Origin: Thermodesulfobacteriota bacterium | GTDB lineage: Bacteria > Desulfobacterota > Desulfobacteria > Desulfobacterales > C00003060 | Length of the DNA stretch: 64,000 nt | Direction of reading: 5' to 3' | Assembly (NCBI GenBank): GCA_034189385.1 | Contig: JAXHVD010000002.1 | Coordinates: 64,001-128,000, forward strand | Shown: positions 28,714 to 39,011 of the stretch, in pieces | Layout: the number at the start of each line of letters is the position of its first letter | Numbering within the stretch: the stretch's first letter is position 1 | Position numbers and translations under genes: made by a program | Notes under the pieces: model-generated | Database searches by the model: none | Told to the model about the DNA's origin: nothing | The model's input: the letters and a program-made list of their open reading frames with translations, nothing else

Positions 28714-30371
28714 TTGATCGCCTGCCAATAATGACTGAATACCACCGTGGAAAGAAAGAAGCCCAGGGGGACGTTCACAATAACCCCAATGGTAAAGGCC
28801 CAAAAGGGTTTCATACCAAAGGTGAGCAAATCCTTAAACCTGGTAGACAGCCCGATACAAAGAAAGCAGAAGACAAAGGCCCAGGATCGAAGCTTCTTTA
28901 TGGGGCCAATGGCCCTTGAATAGAGCTCGCTTTGAAACCAGTCCGACTTGTAGTGGAGGTCCTTTAGCGCCCACCCCTGATCTGCTGTTGTTGTTGCCGA
29001 TGTCAGGTCGCTAAGCTCGTCCAATGACATCTTCCCTTTAAAGGTGATGACCGACCCCTCTGGATCATAGGCGAATTTGTGGGCAAGCTCTTCAGGCACC
29101 TGATAATCGGAAAAGTCAGCCTGATAGGCATGCTTCTGTGCCTTGGATTTGAACGTCCCTGCCACAGCGCTTTTACCCACGTGGTCCTTTGGGGCAAGGC
29201 CTGCAATAATACTCATGATGATACAGGCACTAAAGAAACCCAAAACGAATTTCGGAAACCGGTCCCATATAACACGGGCGCCGACGGTGGCGCCCTGGTC
29301 CCTTTCCCAGAAAGTACAAGAGACAACGGCGAGGACAAAGGCCCATATCCCTATCCAGATGTCCCTGCCGATAACCTTCATCAGCGTAAAGGCATGGATG
29401 GCGGCATCTCCGTATTCCGTGGCGATCTCTGCCACTACAGCAAACCCTGCAGCGTCGGCGTATTCTGAGGTCCCAACCCAGGCACCTGCCTCTCCAGGTG
29501 TGATGGCATACCAGGGGGATGAGTCGGTCACAGGCACGCCAAGGGGAGGAATCATGAACTTGGTGACGATGGCTAGGGCGAAGACCATGACGATAGCCCA
29601 AACAGAGACCACTCCAATGCCGATAGCGATGTGATCCTTGTCAGCCCTTACGGCTCCGCCAATGGCAATAGACCCTGAGACCCCACAAACGGCACCACCA
29701 GTACCCAACACGGCCCCAAATCGTCGGTCCAGCTTGAAGATGCGCGTGGCTGCCAGAAAGATAGTCATCCACGTCCCAACAGACACAATGGTGGCCTGCA
29801 AAAATGCTATTCCACCGGCTTCAAAGATCAGGGTCAAGGGTAAGGTCGCCCCCAAAAGGACGATACCTGTCTTGATATAATACTCTGTTCGCATGGCAGT
29901 GTGAAACCACTTGGGCATTTTCTTGATGTTACCAATGATGATACCGATCAACAGGGCAAGGAGTGGTGCTCCGAGATGCCAGGTCTTCATGAATTTCCAG
30001 GCAGCGAGATAGAATATGGCCAAAGACCCTAAGAACACAATGAGATAACCAGGAATAAACTCCTTCAGGCTTCTGCCCATGGCCAACATGCTAATGGAAA
30101 ACACCAGGCCAAATCCCAGACAGATGACGGCATAGGCAACCACATGTTTCACAAAGTCTTGACCTATGGCACTGATATTGGACCAGGAGCCCGGAGTGAC
30201 TGCAAATGCTTTAATCGTGCTCCCCGCCCAGAAGACCCCCATAGCCAGCGCAATGACGCCCAAGCCTAACCAGACAGCCCAGTAGTCTTCCGTTGTAAGT
30301 AATTTAGACCGGCTCTTTGCCGAAGTGGGCTGTACTCCTTCTGATTGGCTTTCCTCTCCTTGATCTGCCAT
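28710..30371 (-). CDS. YeiH/UPF0324 putative sulfate exporter family membrane protein
   Basis: EDYWAVWLG, EYYIKTGIVLLG, VCGVS, AWVGTSE, KVIGRD, FPKFVLGF. Confidence 0.88.
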   Translation of the reverse strand: MADQGEESQSEGVQPTSAKSRSKLLTTEDYWAVWLGLGVIALAMGVFWAGSTIKAFAVTPGSWSNISAIGQDFVKHVVAYAVICLGFGLVFSISMLAMGRSLKEFIPGYLIVFLGSLAIFYLAAWKFMKTWHLGAPLLALLIGIIIGNIKKMPKWFHTAMRTEYYIKTGIVLLGATLPLTLIFEAGGIAFLQATIVSVGTWMTIFLAATRIFKLDRRFGAVLGTGGAVCGVSGSIAIGGAVRADKDHIAIGIGVVSVWAIVMVFALAIVTKFMIPPLGVPVTDSSPWYAITPGEAGAWVGTSEYADAAGFAVVAEIATEYGDAAIHAFTLMKVIGRDIWIGIWAFVLAVVSCTFWERDQGATVGARVIWDRFPKFVLGFFSACIIMSIIAGLAPKDHVGKSAVAGTFKSKAQKHAYQADFSDYQVPEELAHKFAYDPEGSVITFKGKMSLDELSDLTSATTTADQGWALKDLHYKSDWFQSELYSRAIGPIKKLRSWAFVFCFLCIGLSTRFKDLLTFGMKPFWAFTIGVIVNVPLGFFLSTVVFSHYWQAIK

Positions 30372-30516
30372 CCTTTACCTCCCTTTTTGAAGACAATTCA
30401 TAACAACCAGCTCAGATCATTACATTTTTCACCCTATCCAAAACAACGGCCTTTTGCAAGAAAAATCGAACAGTGAGAGTTGAAGATGGAGTAAAAACCA
30501 AAAATGGTGCGGGTAA

Positions 30517-31599
30517 CTATGCTCCCAGCCTCTTGTAGCATTGTAGACAACATGGCGGTAACTCGGGTAAGCGGTCATTGGGTTTACTTGAACTGTAAGG
30601 GATAAAGAGCTGCCTGAACTGTACATAGGTCTCCTTATTCCATATTCGGGTTAGGTTTTCATGGCGAATGTTGCCAAAGGACATCTGCCTTATGGGAAGG
30701 CGTTGATCTTTGAAAGTATAGTACGCAGATTCTCCGTCACCCCATGCCTGGTTTCCGCAGAGTACCGGGTTGGTAAGGACACAGGGGACAACGTCACCCT
30801 CAACACTTACGACGCATGCATGGCGAACGTTTTCCCGGCAGCTAAGAGAGGCATGGTCCAGTTGCGGACCATGATACTCAAAGATGATGTCCTCCAGTGC
30901 GGTTCGGTCCCTTGTTCTTTCCAGTGCCATGGAGTAATAATCTCCATGGGCTGTGTCGTTGAAGATAGCCTCTTTAAAGAGTTTGGGATCAACGATAAAG
31001 GTCAAGTTACTGGCAATAACCTGTTTTGCACCCACCGATTTGGCAAGAGAGGGAATACCGTCGAGTTCAGCAAAATTGGATTTGAGCATGAGATAGGCAA
31101 GATGCACTTCGGGCTTCTGAAGTTTCTTTTTGGCCTTCATTCTTTCCAACAGCAGTAGGCTTGAAATGACCTTGTTCAAGTCAGTCCCCTTCCGGAACCG
31201 GTTGTGGGTCTTTGCCGTGGTCCCGGCAAGGCTGATGCCAATAATGTCCAACGGCAGATCTATCAACCTTTCTATGGTTTCCTCAGTGAGCAGGGTACCG
31301 TTTGTGGTGAAGCCGACCTGTTTGCCTTGGTCTTTGCAGATTCGGGCCATGTCAAAGAAATCCGTGTTGAGTAGGGGTTCTCCCCATCCCTGTAAGTAGA
31401 CCAGGTCCGTGTATTTTAGGAAGGGGATCAACCTACTAAACAGCTCCATGGACATGTGCCTGTTTGGCCAGCGGTTCTTCATGATGGTGTGAGGGCAGTA
31501 GACACACGATGCATTGCAGTGGGTCGTTACCTCAACCTGCACCCAGTCCAGGGTGGGGCTCGCGATCTTGTCCAATTGTCTGGTTAGCCATTCGAACAT
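30517..31599 (-). CDS. Radical SAM protein with SPASM/twitch domain
   Basis: CNASCVYC, GWGEPLL, TTNG, GDVVPC, FGNI, C-terminal CxxC. Confidence 0.88.
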   Translation of the reverse strand: MFEWLTRQLDKIASPTLDWVQVEVTTHCNASCVYCPHTIMKNRWPNRHMSMELFSRLIPFLKYTDLVYLQGWGEPLLNTDFFDMARICKDQGKQVGFTTNGTLLTEETIERLIDLPLDIIGISLAGTTAKTHNRFRKGTDLNKVISSLLLLERMKAKKKLQKPEVHLAYLMLKSNFAELDGIPSLAKSVGAKQVIASNLTFIVDPKLFKEAIFNDTAHGDYYSMALERTRDRTALEDIIFEYHGPQLDHASLSCRENVRHACVVSVEGDVVPCVLTNPVLCGNQAWGDGESAYYTFKDQRLPIRQMSFGNIRHENLTRIWNKETYVQFRQLFIPYSSSKPNDRLPELPPCCLQCYKRLGA

Positions 31600-31695
31600 A
31601 TTGGACACCGGTACTATACAGAGGCCCATTTGTCTACAGAGAGGTTTGCTTTGACAGACTCTCCGGGCTAATCTATAAGGCAAGCAGGAGAAGAG

Positions 31696-32289
31696 ATGTC
31701 GGCGTGTATTTGGGCAATTCTGGTTGTCGTGGGGGGCCTTTTCGTGTGCAAGTTGTGTTATGTGTTCGCCACAGTCGGCGCCCTTCCCCTGACCCAGGGA
31801 GCCCTGTTCACGTCCACTGCTTCGTTGAGGATAGCGTCGTTTCTCGATGCCGTGCCCATGAATCATGAAGAGTTGCTTGTGGATTTGGGATGTGGAGACG
31901 GGCGGGTCTTAAGGGAAGCGAGGAGGCGATACGGCGTGAAGGCAATGGGCTTTGAGGTGAATATCCTGGCCTATTGCGTGGCCCGTGTCTTGAGCTTCCC
32001 AATGAAAGGTGTGGAGATAAAGTGGAAGGACTTCTGGCCTGTCAGTCTTGAGAATGCGGATGTGGTGTTCTGCTATTTGTTTCCCGACGTCATGAAGCGC
32101 TTGGCCGCCAAACTTGAGGTAGAGCTTTGCCACGGGGCCCGCGTGGTGTCGTGTAACTTTTCTATTCCGGGGTGGAGGCCCATGGCAACCATTTGTCCAG
32201 AGTCTGCCCGCTATAGCGACCCCATCTATGTTTATCGCATCCCGGATTCATGCCCCTGCCGTCGACGTGGGCACATTCAAACCAATTGA
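31696..32289 (+). CDS. Class I SAM-dependent methyltransferase with N-terminal TM anchor
   Basis: VDLGCGDGR, ADVVFCYL, RVVS..F. Confidence 0.85.
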   Translation: MSACIWAILVVVGGLFVCKLCYVFATVGALPLTQGALFTSTASLRIASFLDAVPMNHEELLVDLGCGDGRVLREARRRYGVKAMGFEVNILAYCVARVLSFPMKGVEIKWKDFWPVSLENADVVFCYLFPDVMKRLAAKLEVELCHGARVVSCNFSIPGWRPMATICPESARYSDPIYVYRIPDSCPCRRRGHIQTN

Positions 32290-32744
32290 GGCCTTCTATT
32301 GAGTCATGGGGACCTCCCTGAGTCTCACATGGGATCTCTTGAAAAATGGATCAACTGCCTTATGTTGGAGGTTAGGAATCAGCTTCAAAAAAATCCGTTG
32401 AAAGAATTGCCATTAGTGGTACAAGAACTACCCGAAAAACGTGCTTTGGGGGGCACGTGCACTGTTTGGAAATGAAGTGGCAGCGGGTCATATGTCCTTG
32501 TGTTTGCGATGAAATCCCGTTTCTTAGTCCCAGAACTTGTTTTAGGTGCTCCCGCTACTGACGGAGGTTCATGTCCCGTTGAAGGCGGTATCACGTATCT
32601 GAAAACGGTTCCCGTCCATGGGTTAAACCGCAGTCCAGCCTGCTGGTGCGTTCTCAAGAAATCAGAACTCAAGACACTCACTTAGCTCTTCATGGCTTCC
32701 ATCCGGGTGAAAGAGCCGCTCAAAGATTCAGGAATTGGGATGAC

Positions 32745-33836
32745 ATGAAAGCAATATTGGCCTTAGAAGACGGCACCGTGTATCATGGCAACGCCTTTGC
32801 GGGGCAGGGGGGGGTGTCTGGCGAGGTTGTTTTCAACACGAGCATGACGGGTTACCAGGAAGTTCTAACGGACCCTTCGTACAAGGGGCAGATCGTCACT
32901 TTGACGTATCCCCTCATCGGCAATTACGGCGTCAACGATGAAGACGTGGAGTCTGACAGGATTCAGGTTGAGGGGTTTGTCGTTCGGGAGTATGAGCCCC
33001 TGCCTAGCAATTGGCGATCTCAAAAGGCCCTGGCCGATTATCTGAACGAGCAAGGGGTAATGGCCATTGAGGGCATAGATACGCGGGCTCTGACGCGACA
33101 CATTCGGTTGGCAGGAGCCATGAAGGGGGTCATTTCGACCAGCGACCTTGACCCTGCTTCTCTAGTCAAAAAGGCGAAGACTTCCCAAGGGCTGGTGGGG
33201 CAAGATTTGGTAAAAGAGGTCACCTGCCGAGAGGCGTACAGATGGCCACTGCCAAATGGAACTCGTTTTCAAGTGGTTACATTGGACTGCGGCATGAAGT
33301 TCAATATCCCTCGGAGTCTGGCCCGACGAGGATGTCGTGTGACCGTTGTGCCAGCCTATACCAGTGCTGAGGATATCAGGGCGATGAACCCCGACGGCAT
33401 TGTGCTTTCCAACGGTCCTGGTGATCCGGAGCCACTCACCTATGTTGTTGACACGATTAAGGATCTCATTTCAGACTATCCAATCTTTGGTATCTGCCTT
33501 GGCCACCAACTCCTGGGTCTGGCCTTTGGTGGCAAGACCTACAAACTAAAATTTGGGCATCGCGGGTCCAACCACCCTGTTAGGAATCTGCTCACTGGCA
33601 AGGTGGAGATTACGGCCCAGAACCACGGTTTCTGTGTGGATATGGACTCCATCAAAGACCCGGACATTGAAATAACCCACATCAACCTGAACGACCAGAC
33701 CCTTGAGGGGATGAGGCATCGAAAGCTTCCCATCTTCTCGGTGCAATACCATCCTGAGGCCTCTCCCGGCCCCCACGATTCCGACTATCTGTTTGATGCA
33801 TTCATAGGCCTCTTGGAAAAGGGGAACGGCAAGTGA
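32745..33836 (+). CDS. carA: Carbamoyl-phosphate synthase small subunit
   Basis: GEVVFNTSMTGYQE, SNGPGDP, GICLGHQ, QYHPEASPGP. Confidence 0.97.
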   Translation: MKAILALEDGTVYHGNAFAGQGGVSGEVVFNTSMTGYQEVLTDPSYKGQIVTLTYPLIGNYGVNDEDVESDRIQVEGFVVREYEPLPSNWRSQKALADYLNEQGVMAIEGIDTRALTRHIRLAGAMKGVISTSDLDPASLVKKAKTSQGLVGQDLVKEVTCREAYRWPLPNGTRFQVVTLDCGMKFNIPRSLARRGCRVTVVPAYTSAEDIRAMNPDGIVLSNGPGDPEPLTYVVDTIKDLISDYPIFGICLGHQLLGLAFGGKTYKLKFGHRGSNHPVRNLLTGKVEITAQNHGFCVDMDSIKDPDIEITHINLNDQTLEGMRHRKLPIFSVQYHPEASPGPHDSDYLFDAFIGLLEKGNGK

Positions 33837-35362
33837 TCCTCATCATTGATTTCGGCTCCCAGTACAACCAACTTATTGCAAGACGGGTCCGTGAGGAGCA
33901 TGTCTACTGCCAGATCGAACCTCCCTGGATCAGCATCGACCAGATAAAGGCCCTGGCCCCGAAAGGGATTATTCTGTCTGGCGGTCCGGCAAGCATCTAT
34001 GAAGAGAATAGTCCCAAGGCGGACCGCGCCATCTTTGACCTTGGTGTCCCCATCCTTGGCATCTGCTATGGGATGCAATACATGGTGGATGTCTTGGGGG
34101 GCAAAGTGAAGAGGGCCCAGCAAAGAGAATATGGGTTTGCCAAACTCCAGATAAAGGATAGCACCGGCATTTTCCAAGGCGTGTCAAAGGAGACAAAGTG
34201 CTGGATGAGCCATGGAGACACCATCGCAAAGGTGCCCAAAGGCTTCAGGATCATTGCATCAACACCAAGCACCAGGGTGGCGGCCACGAACCATCGGGCA
34301 AGGGACCTCTATGGACTCCAGTTTCATCCGGAAGTGGCCCATACGCCCATGGGGAAAAGGATGCTCAAGAATTTCCTACTTCAGATCTGTGGCTGCAAGA
34401 AGACCTGGACCATGAAATCTTTTGTGAAGGAATCGGTCCGCGAGATAAGGTCTGTAGTCGGAGATAAGAAGGTGATTCTGGGGCTCAGTGGAGGGGTGGA
34501 TTCCTCGGTTACTGCCTTGCTTCTTCATCAGGCCGTTGGTGGCCAACTGACGTGTATATTTGTGGATAACGGCCTCTTGAGATATGGTGAGGCAGCCCAG
34601 GTGAAGGGGCTTTTCAAGAAACACTTTAGCGTGAACTTAAGATATGTCAGCGCTAAGAGGAAGTTTCTACAAGGCCTGAAAGGAATTGTGGACCCCGAAA
34701 GGAAACGGAAGATTATTGGGCGCATTTTTGTCGAGGCCTTCGAAAGGGAGGCACGGAGACTCAAGGGGGTAGATTTCCTCGCCCAGGGGACCTTGTATCC
34801 GGACATCATCGAATCTAGGTCGGCCTTTGGAGGGCCCAGTGCTGTGATAAAATCCCATCACAACGTGGGGGGCTTGCCCAAGCGGATGAAACTCAAACTC
34901 ATCGAACCCCTCAGGCACCTTTTCAAAGATGAGGTCCGTGTTTTGGGCAAAGAGTTGGGTCTTCCTGAGAGCCTTGTCTGGAGGCAGCCCTTTCCGGGGC
35001 CTGGTCTGGCCATTCGCATCATAGGTGAGGTGACACAGGCGAGACTATCCATTTTGAGAAAGGTGGATATGATTTTGCTTGATGAGATAAGATCAGAAGG
35101 CCTGTACAAGAAGCTATGGCAGTCCTTTGCAGTGCTTTTACCCTTAAAAAGTGTGGGTATCATGGGAGACCAGAGGACCTATGAGAACATGGTGGCCATT
35201 CGGGCAGTGACGAGCCTGGATGCCATGACCGCTGATTGGGCGAGGCTCCCGCACACCCTTCTGGGACGGATATCCAACCGTATCATTAATGAAGTCAAGG
35301 GCGTCAATCGCGTCGTCTATGACATCAGTTCCAAGCCGCCGAGCACTATTGAATGGGAATGA
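33833..35362 (+). CDS. guaA: GMP synthase (glutamine-hydrolysing)
   Basis: DFGSQY, GICYGMQ, QFHPE, SGGVDS, IKSHHNVGG, KPPSTIEWE. Confidence 0.98.
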   Translation: MILIIDFGSQYNQLIARRVREEHVYCQIEPPWISIDQIKALAPKGIILSGGPASIYEENSPKADRAIFDLGVPILGICYGMQYMVDVLGGKVKRAQQREYGFAKLQIKDSTGIFQGVSKETKCWMSHGDTIAKVPKGFRIIASTPSTRVAATNHRARDLYGLQFHPEVAHTPMGKRMLKNFLLQICGCKKTWTMKSFVKESVREIRSVVGDKKVILGLSGGVDSSVTALLLHQAVGGQLTCIFVDNGLLRYGEAAQVKGLFKKHFSVNLRYVSAKRKFLQGLKGIVDPERKRKIIGRIFVEAFEREARRLKGVDFLAQGTLYPDIIESRSAFGGPSAVIKSHHNVGGLPKRMKLKLIEPLRHLFKDEVRVLGKELGLPESLVWRQPFPGPGLAIRIIGEVTQARLSILRKVDMILLDEIRSEGLYKKLWQSFAVLLPLKSVGIMGDQRTYENMVAIRAVTSLDAMTADWARLPHTLLGRISNRIINEVKGVNRVVYDISSKPPSTIEWE

Positions 35363-35432
35363 TGGCACCTGCCTGCAGCCCCGGCGTTTTGAGGTAGTAT
35401 GTTTCCTGGAAAGGGCCTGTCGGATTTCGGAG

Positions 35433-35498
35433 AAGGCACAAGGCTTAAGGCATAAGGTGCAAGGAAGAAAACCCCTAAGCCTTACGCCCTTCGCCCTT
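35433..35498. repeat. Heptamer tandem repeats with a complementary arm
   Basis: AAGGCAC-AAGGCTT-AAGGCAT-AAGGTGC then CCTAAGC-CTTACGC-CCTTCGC. Confidence 0.6.
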
Positions 35499-35569
35499 TA
35501 AACATTGGCGGGGCTTTCCGAGTGGGACCAATGCCTGCCATGAAGGATTTGTAAGGACCTAAAGAACCT

Positions 35570-38500
35570 ATGCCCAAAAGGACTGACATATCAAAGATCA
35601 TGATCATTGGCTCCGGGCCGATCATTATCAGCCAGGCCTGTGAATTTGACTACTCAGGCACCCAGGCCTGCAAGGCCTTGAAAGAAGAAGGCTATGAGGT
35701 AGTGCTTGTAAACAGCAACCCGGCTACGATCATGACTGATCCTGAGACGGCCGATCATACCTACATTGAACCCATCACACCTGAGATAGTCACCATGATC
35801 TTGGAAAAGGAGCGGCCGGACGTTCTCCTTCCCACTCTCGGCGGGCAAACGGCACTGAATACGGCTGTGCAGGTGGCTGATATGGGGGCCCTGGACGCCT
35901 ACAATGTAGAGATGATTGCCGCCTCTGCCGACGTGATCAAAAAGGCTGAAGACCGTGACTTGTTTCGGGCTGCCATGAAGGCTATCAGACTGCGTGTGCC
36001 GAAAAGCGGCATTGCACAGGACATGGACCGTGCCCGAGAGATGGCAGGTGAAATAGGGTATCCGCTCATTGTTCGACCCAGTTTTACCCTGGGTGGAACT
36101 GGTGGCGGTGTTGCCTACAATCCTGAAGACCTTGAGAAATTGGTGGCCTGGGGTTTGGATGCCAGCTTGATTCATCAAGTCATGCTCGAAGAGTCGGTCA
36201 TCGGGTGGAAAGAATTCGAACTCGAGGTTATGCGAGATCAAAAGGACAATGTGGTCATCGTTTGCTCCATTGAAAATGTGGATCCTATGGGTATCCACAC
36301 GGGCGATAGCATTACGGTAGCACCGGCCCAGACCTTGAGCGACAAAGAATATCAGACGATGCGGGACGCTGCCATTTCCATCATCCGTGAAATCGGCGTG
36401 GACACAGGAGGATCTAACATTCAATTTGCCGTCAATCCGAAAGATGGAGAGATGGTGGTCATAGAAATGAACCCAAGGGTCTCAAGGAGTTCAGCCCTGG
36501 CCTCCAAGGCCACAGGGTTTCCCATTGCCAAGATAGCGGCCAAGTTGGCAGTTGGCTATACCTTGGATGAGCTGCCCAATGACATCACTGGGGAGACGCT
36601 GGCCTCCTTTGAGCCGACCATCGACTACTGCGTGGTCAAGATTCCCCGGTGGACCTTTGAAAAGTTTCCGGAATCTGAAGACTACTTGACGACAGCCATG
36701 AAATCAGTGGGAGAGACCATGGCCATTGGGCGCACGTTCAAAGAGGCCCTCCAGAAAGGCCTGCGTTCTCTGGAGATCGGTCGGTTTGGTCTAGGGGCCG
36801 ACGGTAAGGGGCGGTTGGAACAAGACGGAAGGCTCCCTTCTGAGGCTGAGATCAAAGGGAAGCTTCTGAATCCCAATTCCCAGCGGTTGTTCTACATTAG
36901 GTACGCCATAAAGGCGGGGATGGATTTGAAAGCCATCTACAGGTGGACAGGCATAGACCCTTGGTTTCTTCACCAAATAGGCCAGATTGTCCGTGGCGAA
37001 GAGGAGATAGCGGCGGCTCGTCATCCTTTGCCCTCTTCCCTCATGCGGAAGGGGAAGGTCTTTGGATTCTCCGATGTCCAATTGGCCCACCTTCTTAAGA
37101 CAGAGGAGGACGAGCTCAGGGCTCTGAGGAGGCAGCTTGAGGTGGGACCGGTCTACAAGTTGGTGGACACGTGTGCTGCTGAGTTTGAGGCCTCTACCCC
37201 CTACTATTATTCCACCTATGAGCAGGAAACCGAGGTCCGCAGTTCCCAAAGATCCAAGGTCATGATCCTTGGGGGAGGGCCGAACCGGATTGGCCAGGGG
37301 ATTGAGTTTGATTATTGTTGTGTTCAGGCCTCCTTTGCCTTGAGGGAAGAAGGCGTTGAGAGCATTATGGTCAACAGCAATCCTGAGACGGTGAGTACCG
37401 ATTATGATACGTCTGACAAACTCTATTTTGAGCCCCTCACCAGAGAAGACGTCTTGAATATTGTGGAAGCAGAAGACCCATTGGGGGTCATCGTCCAGTT
37501 CGGCGGGCAGACCCCGCTCAACCTTTCCATGGCCCTAGCCGAAGCCGGGGTCCCTATTATGGGCACTTCATCTCAGAGCATTGCCTTGGCAGAGGACCGG
37601 GAGCTTTTCAAAGAGGTCCTGAAAAAGCTCGGATTGAGGCAACCTGACAATGGGACAGCCATGGGTGTGAGGAGGGCCGCAGATGTAGCGGCGACGATTG
37701 GATACCCTGTGATGGTGCGGCCCTCCTACGTCCTTGGCGGGCGGGCCATGCAGGTGGTATATGACCGCCTCTCTCTAGAGTCGTTTATTCGCAAGGCCCA
37801 ACTGGCTTCTCCAGATCATCCGATCCTCATTGACAAGTTCCTGGAGGGTGCCATTGAGATTGATGTAGACGCCATTTCAGACGGTCAGACGACGATTGTG
37901 GGTGGCATCATGGAACACATAGAGGAGGCCGGTATCCATTCTGGCGATAGTGCCTGCGTACTCCCCCCGCAGGGCCTGCCGACGTCTCTTCTGGAACAGA
38001 TCAAGGCGGATACCCGTGCCCTTACGAGGGAACTGGGTGTGGTGGGCCTGATAAACATCCAGTTTGCCATCAAGGACGAAGAGATCTTTGTGCTGGAAGT
38101 CAATCCCAGGGCTTCCCGGACCGTTCCTTTTGTCAGTAAGGCCACTGGTGTCCCCCTGGCCAAGCTGGCGACAAAGGTCATGCTGGGAAAGACCTTAAAC
38201 GATTTGGGACTCACTCGAGAGGTGGTGCCCACCCATATTTCAGTCAAGGAATCGGTCTTTCCTTTCAATCGTTTTGCCGGTGTGGATATCCTTCTTGGCC
38301 CAGAGATGAAATCTACAGGTGAGGTTATGGGAATAGACGGAGACTTCGGCAGGGCCTTTGCCAAGTCCCAGCTGGCGGCAGGGCAGAACCTGCCAACAGA
38401 AGGGGCGGTCTTTGTCAGTGTCAAAGATGGGGATAAGGATGGGGTTTATCCTGTGGTTCGTCAACTGTATGACCTGGGCTTTGACTTCTTGGCTACTAGG

Positions 38501-38806
38501 GGAACCTCCCGTTACCTGAAAGATGCTGGCATCCCTAGCAGGATGGTGAAGAAGATTGCCGAGGGCCGTCCCAATGTGACAGATCACATCAAGAATGGGG
38601 AAGTACAGTTGGTGATTAATACGCCGTCAGGGAAGGAGGGGGCGGGCGGGGCGCGCACGATCCGTCAGGCCGTCCTAGGCTATGGTCTTCCCTATGCCAC
38701 AACTCTGGCCGGGGCCTGCGCCATGGCCTCGGGCATTGAGGCGATGAAGACGAAGGGGCTCAGCGTGCAGTCCCTTCAGGGTTATCACAGGCAGAGCAGT
38801 CAGTGA
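35570..38806 (+). CDS. carB: Carbamoyl-phosphate synthase large subunit
   Basis: MPKRTDI, EFDYSG, duplicated ATP-grasp domains, MGS domain. Confidence 0.98.
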   Translation: MPKRTDISKIMIIGSGPIIISQACEFDYSGTQACKALKEEGYEVVLVNSNPATIMTDPETADHTYIEPITPEIVTMILEKERPDVLLPTLGGQTALNTAVQVADMGALDAYNVEMIAASADVIKKAEDRDLFRAAMKAIRLRVPKSGIAQDMDRAREMAGEIGYPLIVRPSFTLGGTGGGVAYNPEDLEKLVAWGLDASLIHQVMLEESVIGWKEFELEVMRDQKDNVVIVCSIENVDPMGIHTGDSITVAPAQTLSDKEYQTMRDAAISIIREIGVDTGGSNIQFAVNPKDGEMVVIEMNPRVSRSSALASKATGFPIAKIAAKLAVGYTLDELPNDITGETLASFEPTIDYCVVKIPRWTFEKFPESEDYLTTAMKSVGETMAIGRTFKEALQKGLRSLEIGRFGLGADGKGRLEQDGRLPSEAEIKGKLLNPNSQRLFYIRYAIKAGMDLKAIYRWTGIDPWFLHQIGQIVRGEEEIAAARHPLPSSLMRKGKVFGFSDVQLAHLLKTEEDELRALRRQLEVGPVYKLVDTCAAEFEASTPYYYSTYEQETEVRSSQRSKVMILGGGPNRIGQGIEFDYCCVQASFALREEGVESIMVNSNPETVSTDYDTSDKLYFEPLTREDVLNIVEAEDPLGVIVQFGGQTPLNLSMALAEAGVPIMGTSSQSIALAEDRELFKEVLKKLGLRQPDNGTAMGVRRAADVAATIGYPVMVRPSYVLGGRAMQVVYDRLSLESFIRKAQLASPDHPILIDKFLEGAIEIDVDAISDGQTTIVGGIMEHIEEAGIHSGDSACVLPPQGLPTSLLEQIKADTRALTRELGVVGLINIQFAIKDEEIFVLEVNPRASRTVPFVSKATGVPLAKLATKVMLGKTLNDLGLTREVVPTHISVKESVFPFNRFAGVDILLGPEMKSTGEVMGIDGDFGRAFAKSQLAAGQNLPTEGAVFVSVKDGDKDGVYPVVRQLYDLGFDFLATRGTSRYLKDAGIPSRMVKKIAEGRPNVTDHIKNGEVQLVINTPSGKEGAGGARTIRQAVLGYGLPYATTLAGACAMASGIEAMKTKGLSVQSLQGYHRQSSQ

Positions 38807-38930
38807 TGATGCCTGGTTGGTTGCAAGGGGGTAGACGTGAGTCGTCGTCGGCCACTCATAGGGCACACCTGGCGTTTCCCCTTTGGCACAGAAAAAAGAG
38901 ATGATGAGCTTTTTAAGTTGTTACGGGCTG

Positions 38931-38980
38931 GCGAGCGACGTGAGAAGCAATGAGCAATGAGTGAGGAGTGACAGATGACG
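38931..38980 (+). repeat. Degenerate heptamer tandem repeat
   Basis: GAAGCAA-TGAGCAA-TGAGTGA-GGAGTGA-CAGATGA. Confidence 0.45.
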
Positions 38981-39011
38981 GGATCGCCGGTGAGAGGGGA
39001 CGGAAGTTCAT

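Noticed and set aside
31600..31866. N-terminal extension of the radical SAM ORF, and similar extensions of the NtrC, carA, copA, gcvH and lipA ORFs
   Set aside because: They overlap neighbouring genes or regulatory DNA; downstream starts fit the family N-termini better.
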